Source of the DNA: an uncultured bacterium
GTDB lineage: Bacteria > Zixibacteria > MSB-5A5 > GN15 > FEB-12
Direction of reading: 5' to 3'
NCBI GenBank assembly: GCA_965372795.1
Contig: CBDVDR010000023.1
Span: 1-44,955, forward strand
DNA length: 44,955 bases
The translations under genes and the position numbers were made by a program. Positions 1-8,433 of the stretch are shown one piece after another; positions within the stretch are counted from its first letter, which is position 1, and every line of letters starts with the position of its first letter. Below the pieces are notes generated by a model. That model was not told where the DNA came from. It did no database searches and saw only the letters and a program-made list of their open reading frames with translations.

Positions 1-71
1 CGGTGCAGGGACTTGAACCCCGGACACGCGGATTATGATTCCGCTGCTCTAACCAACTGAGCTACACCGCC
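1..71 (-). tRNA. tRNA-Met (CAT), probably elongator; last 3' bases cut off by window edge
   Basis: Reverse complement GGCGGTGTAGCTCAGTTGGTTAGAGCAGCGGA-ATCATAA-TCCGCGTGTCCGGGGTTCAAGTCCCTGCACCG folds as a cloverleaf: D-arm, GCGGA/TCCGC anticodon stem with CAT, TTCAAGT T-loop. G1 and no three consecutive G-C pairs at the anticodon stem base argue against initiator; Ile2 not fully excluded. Confidence 0.93.
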
Positions 72-363
72 ATTTTGAAAACCAGATTGGTTCTCTATAT
101 TAGCCTGACAATTTAATAATATTATCGTATGAGTCAAGAAATAAGTGAGTCTTTGATCCTTACTCAAATTAAAAGTCTTTGTAATATCTAATATTTCAAA
201 ATCAGATATTTATAAGCTTCTTTAAAATTGTAATATGGATGATTTTTCTATTGATTAATTGATTAAGGAGTTGCCCCTCACAAGCAACTCCTTAGATCCC
301 TACCTCATCAAAATACCCTGTACCGCCATACATATATCTTTGATTAAGGTCAAACTATACTAT

Positions 364-379
364 AACAAACTTTGTGCCA
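364..379 (-). promoter_or_regulatory. Putative sigma54 -24/-12 promoter
   Basis: Minus strand TGGCAC-AAAGT-TTGTT versus consensus TGGCAC-N5-TTGC(A/T); one deviation at -12. Confidence 0.45.
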
Positions 380-515
380 AAAGTTAAGGCGACTGAAAAG
401 AAGCCTGCAACCTCATATCTGACAAGAAATTATAATTTAGGATATTAACCGAGCTCGGTTTGCTATTCTTTCAAAAACGCACTATATGCGGCGACTAAAC
501 GCTCTGAGACTCAAC

Positions 516-553
516 AAAAAGGCTATCCTGTTTATATCAAACAAGATAGCCTT
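516..553 (-). terminator. Intrinsic terminator of lpdA
   Basis: Minus strand AAGGCTATCTTGTTT-GATAT-AAACAGGATAGCCTT stem-loop running into a T tract, 70 bp after the lpdA stop. Confidence 0.8.
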
Positions 554-623
554 CGCATAATCTGTGCTTTACCGGTCATGTTATTTAGCCGTTAAAAGCT
601 AAATTCAACGCCATATCTGCGTT

Positions 624-2018
624 TTATTTCTTTTTAGCCAGATGAACCGACATCCCATGAAGATCATGAGCGGCTTCCATTATCGACTCTGAAATGACCG
701 GGTGACCGAATATCAGGTTTCCAAGTTTAGTTACGGTTAACCCCTGATTGATTGCCAGTGCCGCTGTATGGATGATCTCGGTTGCATGTACACCAACCGC
801 ATGAACACCTAATATCTTATCAGTTTTCTTATCACCGATAATTTTAACTTCACCCGCAATTTCATTTTCCGCATGAGCTTTCCCCAATGCTCTTAGCGGA
901 AATTTCCCAATGGCAATATCATGCTTTTCTTTCGCTTTCGCTTCAGTCAATCCAACCGATCCTACTTCCGGATGAGTAAAAATCACCGATGGCACCCCGG
1001 TATAATTCTTTTTTACTTTTCCCCCCAGGGCATTATCCACTGCTACCGTGCCATCATGTACCGCCGTATAGGCAAGCAGTATTTCACCCCGCACATCACC
1101 GATGGCGAAGATATTGCTGATATTAGTTCTCATATCAGAACCGGTCTTAATCGACCCGTTCTTGTTAAGATTAACACCGACCTCTTCCAACCCAAGATCT
1201 TCAGTATTAAAAGCTCGGCCAACCGAGACTAAAACCTGATTAGCTTCGATCTCTTTACCGCCGGAAAGCTTCGCTTTGATACCATCAGGTCCCGGAATAA
1301 TAGATTCTACTTTGGTTTTGGTATGTAAAATTACTTTTCGTTTTTTTAATTCTCTTCCGATCAGCTTCGAGGTGTCAACATCTTCAAATGGCAAAGCGTG
1401 TTCCATCATTTCAACGACTGTTACTTTAACATCAAGCAATGCCAGCATAAATGCCCACTCACAGCCGATAACCCCGGCGCCAACGATCAGAATTGATTCG
1501 GGAAGATTGTCAATTTCCAGCAGATGATCAGAATTTAGGATTCTTTTCCCGTCAAAAGGAAAAGCAGGAATAGCCATCGATCTGGAGCCGGTCCCTATAA
1601 TAATATTATCCGTCTTTAGCTTGGTCTCTTTCCCTGATTCGTCAACAACCGTAACTTCCTTTTTTCCGGTAATTTTGCCGAACCCGACAAAATGATCAAC
1701 TCCGTGAGATTTAAACAATTGCCCGATCCCGCTAACCAAATTACCAACGATCTTATCCTTGCGATTTTTTAAAGCTTCCCAATCATACACCGGCGGTGAG
1801 GCGAGAGTAATCCCGAATGATTCGGCATCTTTCATTTTATCATATTGCACAGCTGAAACGATAAGAGCTTTTGATGGAATACAACCCCGATTGAGACAGA
1901 CTCCACCAAGTTTATCCACTTCTACCACGGCAACTTTGGCGCCTTTTTGGGCAGCCCGTATCCCGGCAGTATAGCCACCCGGACCACCGCCTATTATTAC
2001 TATATTATATTTATCGAT
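624..2018 (-). CDS. lpdA: Dihydrolipoyl dehydrogenase (E3)
   Basis: GGVCLNRGCIPSKAL redox disulfide, GAGVIG NAD site, C-terminal HPxxSE. The frame stays open upstream of the listed GTG (1928) and encodes the FAD motif IIGGGPGGY; start placed at ATC 2018, 7 nt after AGGAG. Confidence 0.95.
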   Translation of the reverse strand: MDKYNIVIIGGGPGGYTAGIRAAQKGAKVAVVEVDKLGGVCLNRGCIPSKALIVSAVQYDKMKDAESFGITLASPPVYDWEALKNRKDKIVGNLVSGIGQLFKSHGVDHFVGFGKITGKKEVTVVDESGKETKLKTDNIIIGTGSRSMAIPAFPFDGKRILNSDHLLEIDNLPESILIVGAGVIGCEWAFMLALLDVKVTVVEMMEHALPFEDVDTSKLIGRELKKRKVILHTKTKVESIIPGPDGIKAKLSGGKEIEANQVLVSVGRAFNTEDLGLEEVGVNLNKNGSIKTGSDMRTNISNIFAIGDVRGEILLAYTAVHDGTVAVDNALGGKVKKNYTGVPSVIFTHPEVGSVGLTEAKAKEKHDIAIGKFPLRALGKAHAENEIAGEVKIIGDKKTDKILGVHAVGVHATEIIHTAALAINQGLTVTKLGNLIFGHPVISESIMEAAHDLHGMSVHLAKKK

Positions 2019-2182
2019 TTTAAAACTCCTGTCTAAGTTTATTATATCTCAAAAATAAGCCGTTTAAACCCTCTTGGCAAGTGGCTTTCGCTCTTTAATC
2101 TTTTCTGATAAAACGAGACAGGCTTGATTTTGTTCCGTTTGGAATAAAAATCTACATTCTTTCTAATCTTTCAAAAAACCTC

Positions 2183-2250
2183 TTGACAACTACCCCAATT
2201 TATTTATTATAGGAAGTTTTTATTAAACAAAATGTAATCTTTTATTAAAC
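2183..2250 (+). promoter_or_regulatory. Sigma70 promoter plus tandem operator-like direct repeat
   Basis: TTGACA (2183-2188), 16 nt, TATTAT (2205-2210); TTTTATTAAAC repeated at 2218-2228 and 2240-2250. Confidence 0.65.
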
Positions 2251-2262
2251 TTTGACGGGATT

Positions 2263-2811
2263 ATGCAGCAGAATATTGGCAAAAAGATAAAACAACTACG
2301 ACTGGCTTCTGATCTGACCCAGGAAGAATTAGCCAATCGGGCACAATTGACCAAGGGCTTTATTTCTCAAATTGAAAGCGAGAAATTCCAAACCTCGATC
2401 TCGGTCGATTCGTTATCCGATATTCTCGAAGCTTTGGGGGTTAGTCTGCCGGAATTCTTTTCCGATGATATTGAACAGCAGGTTGTTTTTAAACCTTCCG
2501 AAAGAATCGCCGTTGACGATACCGGCATCAGCAAATTTGAGTTGTTAATTCAAAGATCAACCCACAATCAGATGGATCCTATTATTCTAACTTTGAAGCC
2601 GGGGGAAAAACTACAACCCAGCGATCCTCATCCGGGCGAACAGTTTGGATATGTTCTCAAAGGAACCGCAACTTTAATAATTGCCAAAAAAACTTATCAA
2701 GTACCGAATAAACATTGTTTTTATTTTATATCAGATCGGACACATCAACTTTTAAATAATAGTAATCGGGATGTAACTATTCTCTGGATAGTGACTCCCC
2801 CGCAGATGTAA
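2263..2811 (+). CDS. XRE-family HTH + cupin transcriptional regulator (PuuR-like)
   Basis: N-terminal IGKKIKQLR...LTQEELANRAQLTKGFISQIE HTH; C-terminal cupin HPGEQFGYVLKG; first gene of a polyamine operon. Confidence 0.9.
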   Translation: MQQNIGKKIKQLRLASDLTQEELANRAQLTKGFISQIESEKFQTSISVDSLSDILEALGVSLPEFFSDDIEQQVVFKPSERIAVDDTGISKFELLIQRSTHNQMDPIILTLKPGEKLQPSDPHPGEQFGYVLKGTATLIIAKKTYQVPNKHCFYFISDRTHQLLNNSNRDVTILWIVTPPQM

Positions 2812-2845
2812 CCGGAACTCAAACCATACTAAGGAGGTTTAAAAA

Positions 2846-3277
2846 GTGAAAATTCTCGGACGCCATTTAATAGTCGAACTTGCCGACTGCAATAATGAAA
2901 TGCTGAATAATTTGGAGATACTTGAAAAACATATGAATGAGGCTGTCCGTAAAAGCGGCGCTACTATTGTCCGTTCAGTTTTTCATCGTTATAACCCCCA
3001 GGGTGTTTCCGGTGTTGTTGTTATTGCTGAATCCCATATCTCTATTCATACCTGGCCCGAATACGGCTATGCTGCCGTTGATTTCTTTACCTGTGGCGAT
3101 ACGGTTGATCCTTATAAAGCTTTTGAATATATGAAAGAGCAACTTGAAGCCAAATCAGCCGATGTCAAAGAATTGAAACGCGGTATACCATCGGTCATTG
3201 ATGTCACCATTGATCATAAACCTATGAATAACCATGACAGCTTATCCACCCAGGCAGGGCAGCGTGGTTTATTATGA
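2846..3277 (+). CDS. speD: S-adenosylmethionine decarboxylase proenzyme (class 1B, SpeH type)
   Basis: LGRHLIVE, PQGVSGVVVIAESHISIHTWPEYGYAAVDFFTCG with the ESH self-cleavage site; AAGGAGG RBS before GTG. Confidence 0.96.
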   Translation: MKILGRHLIVELADCNNEMLNNLEILEKHMNEAVRKSGATIVRSVFHRYNPQGVSGVVVIAESHISIHTWPEYGYAAVDFFTCGDTVDPYKAFEYMKEQLEAKSADVKELKRGIPSVIDVTIDHKPMNNHDSLSTQAGQRGLL

Positions 3278-4443
3278 CTCATTCATTTGATATATTATCA
3301 GTAATTCAGAAAACAATCCCATGCGGGATTGACTCATCATATCTCGAAGAGATATTCAGAAAAACAGATTTGGACAGCCCTCTGCTTTTATTGTCCCGTT
3401 CTGCAGTTGGAAGAAATTATCAGGCTCTTAAATCCGCCCTTCCCCGCGTCAATATTCATTATGCCATAAAACCGAATAATCACGAAACGATTATCGAAGA
3501 AGTTTATCGTTCCGGTGGAAATTTTGATGTCTGTTCAGCCGGAGAAATAGATTTAGTTTTAAAAACCGGTATCAATCCGGCGAGCCTTATCCATTCTCAC
3601 CCGATTAAATCAATTCGCGAATTTGATCTTGCCGTTGGAAAAGGGATCCGCACTTTTGTCGTTGATAATTTTGATGAAGTTAAAAAATTATCCCGCTATA
3701 CCAATGAAAAATTGAAAATTCTTATTCGCTTCAGAATTAACTCCAATACTCAGGCGGTTGTTAACCTGCAATACAAATTTGGCTGTACCACCGATGAGGT
3801 GCTTGATCTCGCCCGGCAAATTAAACAAAGAGGCCATGAATATCACGGGCTCTGTTTTCATATCGGTTCCCAGTGTACTACTCCGCATAATTATGTCGAA
3901 GCTATTACCACTGCTCATAATCTGATTCAACAGCTCGACCAGTCCGGTTTTGATACTCAAATGCTCGACATTGGCGGTGGCTTTCCGGTTGAATATATTG
4001 AAGCTATCCCTCCGATTGAAGAATTTTGTAAACCGATCAATGAAGCTTTAACAAAACATATTCGTCCGGGTGTCAAAGTAGTCAGCGAACCGGGAAGGTT
4101 TATTGCCGCTACTCCGGTGATATTGGTTTGTACGGTCATTGGTAAATCTATCAGAGATGGCAAGTACTGGTACTATCTTGATGATGGTCTCTATTCGACT
4201 TTCTCAGGTATTTTATATGATAGTTGCCAATATCCGGTTATCACTAACAAAGTAGGCGATCAAAAGCTATCGGTTTTATCAGGACCGACCTGTGATTCTT
4301 TTGATGTTATGTATGACGGCTTAATGATCCCCGAACATGAAGTTGGTGACAGAATGATCTTCACCTCAACCGGAGCTTACTGCTCGGTATCAGGCTCAAA
4401 TTTTAATGCTTTAAAAAGACCCCAGTATCAGGTTATTGATTGA
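3274..4443 (+). CDS. Fold-III PLP ornithine (or lysine/ornithine) decarboxylase
   Basis: HYAIKPN (PLP lysine), FHIGSQ, LDIGGGFP, EPGRF, GPTCDS, GAY. GILYD carries Asp at the specificity position as in ODC/L-ODC. ATGA overlap with speD. Confidence 0.9.
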   Translation: MTHSFDILSVIQKTIPCGIDSSYLEEIFRKTDLDSPLLLLSRSAVGRNYQALKSALPRVNIHYAIKPNNHETIIEEVYRSGGNFDVCSAGEIDLVLKTGINPASLIHSHPIKSIREFDLAVGKGIRTFVVDNFDEVKKLSRYTNEKLKILIRFRINSNTQAVVNLQYKFGCTTDEVLDLARQIKQRGHEYHGLCFHIGSQCTTPHNYVEAITTAHNLIQQLDQSGFDTQMLDIGGGFPVEYIEAIPPIEEFCKPINEALTKHIRPGVKVVSEPGRFIAATPVILVCTVIGKSIRDGKYWYYLDDGLYSTFSGILYDSCQYPVITNKVGDQKLSVLSGPTCDSFDVMYDGLMIPEHEVGDRMIFTSTGAYCSVSGSNFNALKRPQYQVID

Positions 4444-4450
4444 GGATATA

Positions 4451-5341
4451 ATGAATAAGAAAAATAAAGATGAAAATTACATTGTCGAAGAAAGCATGAG
4501 CGATCTTTGGAATGTTTGGTACAGCGAGCTTCATGACGGTCAATCAGGGTTAACCCTTAAGATTGATAAAATTCACGAATCAACAAAATCTGAATTTCAA
4601 CGGATTGAAGTTATTGAAAATAAAGATTTCGGCAAGATGCTGGTTCTTTATGGCTCACTCATGGTATGTGACAACGACAATAACGCCTACAACGAAATGA
4701 TCTCGCATGTCCCTCTGTTTGTTCATCCAAACCCCAAAAATGCTTTGATTATCGGCGGCGGTGATTGCGGAGCCTTAACCGAGATGACCAAACATCCCGA
4801 ACTTGAAAAAATCACAATGTGTGAAATTGATGAAAAGGTCGTTGAAATTTCCAAAAAACATTTCCCCTACCTTACCGAAGGAACCAAAGATCCCCGAGCC
4901 AATCTTATTTTTGATGACGGTAAAAAATATATCGAAGATGCTAATGAAAAATTTGATCTGATAACCTTAGACCTCTCTGACCCGATTGGACCGGCAGCCG
5001 ATCTTTTTCAAAAGGAATTTCACCAGAAAGTACATGATACTTTAAACGATGATGGCATTATGGTTGCTCAAACCGAATCGCCATTCCTGAACAAAAAGAC
5101 CGTATCAAAATTGTTCGGTAATCTTAAAGAAATATTCCCGATTGTTAAGATGTACACCTGCTTTATGCCGATCTATCCATCCGGATATTGGTCGTTTGCT
5201 TTTTGCAGCAAAAAATACGACCCCATTGTTGATTTCCGTCAGGACAAATATAATAAGTTGTCATTGAAAACAAAATATTACAACGACGATGTTCACTTAG
5301 GAGCTTTCAGGCTCCCCCAATTTGTTAAAGAGCTTATATAA
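4451..5341 (+). CDS. speE: Polyamine aminopropyltransferase (spermidine synthase)
   Basis: YNEMISHVPL, LIIGGGDCG, CEIDE, DLITLDLSDP, MPIYPSGYW; ATG at 4451 follows GAGG. Confidence 0.95.
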   Translation: MNKKNKDENYIVEESMSDLWNVWYSELHDGQSGLTLKIDKIHESTKSEFQRIEVIENKDFGKMLVLYGSLMVCDNDNNAYNEMISHVPLFVHPNPKNALIIGGGDCGALTEMTKHPELEKITMCEIDEKVVEISKKHFPYLTEGTKDPRANLIFDDGKKYIEDANEKFDLITLDLSDPIGPAADLFQKEFHQKVHDTLNDDGIMVAQTESPFLNKKTVSKLFGNLKEIFPIVKMYTCFMPIYPSGYWSFAFCSKKYDPIVDFRQDKYNKLSLKTKYYNDDVHLGAFRLPQFVKELI

Positions 5342-5346
5342 ATCAT

Positions 5347-5374
5347 AACCGGCAGTCACTCTGCCGGTTTTTTT
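5347..5374 (+). terminator. Intrinsic terminator after speE
   Basis: AACCGGCAG-TCACT-CTGCCGGTT followed by a T run. Confidence 0.85.
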
Positions 5375-5389
5375 ATAGAAAGGAAACTA

Positions 5390-6085
5390 TTGAAAACAAT
5401 TTATATAATCCAAAACCACCCGTTTGAAAACGCCGGAACTATAATAGATTATCTGACTGAAAAAAAATATCAATTCGAGGTCATACACTTATATCTGGAT
5501 GAACCATTGCCCTTGATGGATGATGTTTCGACTATTATAAATCTTGGTTGTCCGACCTCAATAACTGAATATCGAACTCATGAATTTTTAAAAAAACTTT
5601 ATATTTTCACATCAAAGATAATCCGTAACAAAATCCCGTATCTTGGCATCTGTTTTGGCGCCCAGATGCTGGCTCATATTTTAGGTGCCAAAGTTGCACC
5701 GAATGATGTCAAAGAGATCGGCAGCTACAACGTCACTCTCACTGATACCGGTAAAAACGATTTAATATTTAAGGGATTCCCCGAATCTTTTCCGGTTTTT
5801 CACTGGCATGGCGACACCTTTAAAATCCCTGATGGCAACTCGCTGCTCGGTGAAGGCATTGACTGTAAAAATCAGGCTTTCCGTTCAGGAAATGCTGTTG
5901 GGATTCAATTCCATCTTGAAGTTACACCAGAAGAAGTTGAATCATGGTGTGATATTTATGTCGAAGAACTTTTTGAAACGAACAAATCTCAGAAAGAAAT
6001 CATTGCTTCGGCTAAAGAACATGCAAAAAATTATAAAAAACTTCAATACCGGTTTCTAGACAATTTCTTCGAAAATTTCTCATAA
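5390..6085 (+). CDS. Class I glutamine amidotransferase (stand-alone, GMP-synthase-like)
   Basis: LGICFGAQML nucleophile elbow, FHWHGDTF, QFHLE catalytic His/Glu. Confidence 0.9.
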   Translation: MKTIYIIQNHPFENAGTIIDYLTEKKYQFEVIHLYLDEPLPLMDDVSTIINLGCPTSITEYRTHEFLKKLYIFTSKIIRNKIPYLGICFGAQMLAHILGAKVAPNDVKEIGSYNVTLTDTGKNDLIFKGFPESFPVFHWHGDTFKIPDGNSLLGEGIDCKNQAFRSGNAVGIQFHLEVTPEEVESWCDIYVEELFETNKSQKEIIASAKEHAKNYKKLQYRFLDNFFENFS

Positions 6086-6109
6086 AAAAAGGCGGGTAAA
6101 CCCGCCTTT
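6084..6109. terminator. Terminator between convergent genes
   Basis: AAAAAAAGGCGGG-TAAA-CCCGCCTTT. Confidence 0.85.
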
Positions 6110-6129
6110 AATATTAACAATTCAAATAT

Positions 6130-7374
6130 TTATTTCATTTCATAAACAAATGATATTCTGAAATTCATATTCCGGTTATTATCTTTACCGTTGATGAAAT
6201 CGAAACCTCTCAGGAAAAGATCCGGATCGGTTTGAGTGTCAACATGAAGACGGTTCCAATGGAAACCAAATCCAAGAAAAGTTTCATTGTCAGCATAATT
6301 ACGAATGTGTTCACCATTGGTGGTTACATTTTCATAAGTTTCGTTTTTCCAATATGATGTGGCTCCTAAACGGATATCCATCCATTTGAAAACATCAGCA
6401 TCAAAGCCGACTTTGAAATAAGGCATGGTAAAAGTTTTGACCGATGCCTGATCTAAGACACCTGCTGTTGGAGTAAATTCACCTTTAAGCTTATCATAAT
6501 TTAATCCAAAATCTAATACTGCCAGTACATTTTTAACCGGGGTGTATTGTAAGCCAACCCCAAGATCGGCAATCGAATGAGTATATTTATCGGTTTCTGA
6601 AGCAAATCGGGCTTCATACTTTGCATAGCTTAAAAGAAAATGCGGAATGAGAGTGTACTTTTTGTTTTGCAAATGAAAACTTCTACCGGTGAAATGAATC
6701 TTATGATTTCCTTCAGGCTTGGTTTCATAATAAGCAACACCATCATCTGTTGTAGCTTTATCATTAAACGTCATAAAGTCTACACCAAAGGCAAGATCAA
6801 GTTTGCCTTCGTTGAAAGTCATTCCGGTGTTAAAGGTATAAAAGGCGTATGATTCTTCATCTTTACCTTCATTAGGTACCCCAAGGGATGGGATATCATT
6901 TCTTTGAGAAGAATGAATCATTCCAAAATGAAAACCAAAATTATTTTTCCCTAACTTGCGCCCATAAATCATATCCAATCGTTTATTTGATAACAAGGCG
7001 TTATCGAAAGGAATAAAATCTTCATTAGCGCCAAAATTGTAACCCAGATTGAAAGGATCATTATAAAACGGACTTTCAGAAAAAACAGGATCTGCCGGGG
7101 TATTGTTATGAAAATAAGTGCCAACATACCACGGCTTAGCTTTGGATCCAAATTTCATATGTAAACCAAATTCACTAAATTCACTATCGCCGAATTCACC
7201 CACTGCCAGATCAGGCCATTCGTAAATTCTGGATGGAAACAAGAATATATTAGCCTCATCAAGAAGAAGCATATTGTTGTCACCCATTGTTAAAACCCTG
7301 GTTTCGGTTGCATTAATACTTGAAACAGTAAGCAACATCGCTAATAGAAAAAGAACTTTTAAAACTTTCTTCAT
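6130..7374 (-). CDS. Secreted, probable outer-membrane beta-barrel protein of unknown function
   Basis: Signal peptide MKKVLKVLFLLAMLLTVSSINA (ATG 7374 after AGGGAG); many alternating aromatic/hydrophobic strands; C-terminal FRISFVYEM strand. Confidence 0.7.
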   Translation of the reverse strand: MKKVLKVLFLLAMLLTVSSINATETRVLTMGDNNMLLLDEANIFLFPSRIYEWPDLAVGEFGDSEFSEFGLHMKFGSKAKPWYVGTYFHNNTPADPVFSESPFYNDPFNLGYNFGANEDFIPFDNALLSNKRLDMIYGRKLGKNNFGFHFGMIHSSQRNDIPSLGVPNEGKDEESYAFYTFNTGMTFNEGKLDLAFGVDFMTFNDKATTDDGVAYYETKPEGNHKIHFTGRSFHLQNKKYTLIPHFLLSYAKYEARFASETDKYTHSIADLGVGLQYTPVKNVLAVLDFGLNYDKLKGEFTPTAGVLDQASVKTFTMPYFKVGFDADVFKWMDIRLGATSYWKNETYENVTTNGEHIRNYADNETFLGFGFHWNRLHVDTQTDPDLFLRGFDFINGKDNNRNMNFRISFVYEMK

Positions 7375-7521
7375 ACTACTCCCTTTAAACAATAAGTCTT
7401 TTGTTTGCTTTATGATTTATTACGACTCTTTAATTTAAATGTTTACTTTTGTTTAAACAAAAAGATAATCTCTCTTTTTGTAAACATTAAAGAATATTTA
7501 AGGTTCAAAATATTTAAATTA

Positions 7522-8313
7522 TTACTTATTTTTTTGCCAAATAGCTTCAAGTTCCTCAAGGGAATATTCATCAAATCTCTTGCCTGATTTTTTCACATCT
7601 AATTCAAGCTTCTCAAATCGAACCCTGAACTTATTTAAGGCTTTTTTTAGAGCCAACTCCGGATTGATTTCAAATTTCCTTGCCAAAGAACCTACCGCAA
7701 AAAGAAGATCACCTATCTCTTCTTCCAAATTTTCTTTGTCTTTATTACTTATAGCTTCTTTGATTTCTAAAAGTTCTTCTTCAAGTTTACTAATAACATC
7801 TTCTTCATTTTCCCAGTCAAATCCAACTCCGGCGGCTTTTTCTCCAATGCGAAAAGCCATCAAAAGACCAGGCATCGAAGCCGGGAGACCGTTTAAAACC
7901 GATTTTTTTTCACCTGAATTGATCTTTATACTTTCCCATTGATTTCGAACTTCATCGGGAGATAATTCCTTCTCGTTCTCAAATACATGGGGATGGCGCC
8001 TGATTAGTTTTTCAGAGATATGATTTATCGAATCATTGACCTCAAAATCCCCGGATTCTTTTGCTAACTGAGCGTGAAATACAACCTGACAGAGCAAATC
8101 GCCTAATTCTTCCTTTAATTCAGCCTGATCCCCACTCTCTATGGCCTCAATTACTTCATAAGATTCTTCAATCAAATAAGGTATAAGGCTTTTATGAGTC
8201 TGCTTTCTGTCCCAGGCACACCCGTTTTCGGAGCGTAAAATCTCCATAATCAGCAGTAATCGCTGAAACGGGCTTAAATTGGGGTCTAAAATCTTTCTTT
8301 TGTTTTCATTCAT
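7522..8313 (-). CDS. mazG: Nucleoside triphosphate pyrophosphohydrolase MazG
   Basis: GCAWDRKQTHKSL, EESYEVIEAI, EELGDLL, KLIRRHPHVF, GFDW, EEIGDLLF; likely start ATG 8313. Confidence 0.95.
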   Translation of the reverse strand: MNENKRKILDPNLSPFQRLLLIMEILRSENGCAWDRKQTHKSLIPYLIEESYEVIEAIESGDQAELKEELGDLLCQVVFHAQLAKESGDFEVNDSINHISEKLIRRHPHVFENEKELSPDEVRNQWESIKINSGEKKSVLNGLPASMPGLLMAFRIGEKAAGVGFDWENEEDVISKLEEELLEIKEAISNKDKENLEEEIGDLLFAVGSLARKFEINPELALKKALNKFRVRFEKLELDVKKSGKRFDEYSLEELEAIWQKNK

Positions 8314-8346
8314 AATTGACGATAATTCTACTTTAGTATCATATTC

Positions 8347-8375
8347 TTGACAAACCGAGCCTTTAAAACTATAAT
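8347..8375 (+). promoter_or_regulatory. Consensus sigma70 promoter of valS
   Basis: Exact TTGACA-17 nt-TATAAT, 58 nt upstream of the valS ATG. Confidence 0.85.
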
Positions 8376-8433
8376 GCAAGGCTTTAACCTGTTCGGCTCT
8401 TTATGGTCGGCGAATATAAAGAAATTACAATAA

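Noticed and set aside
1..620. Integrated element at tRNA-Met
   Set aside because: The tRNA 3' end faces out of the window; no integrase or duplicated tRNA end is seen inside.
8376..8433. T-box riboswitch upstream of valS
   Set aside because: Leader is under 60 nt and lacks the T-box consensus.
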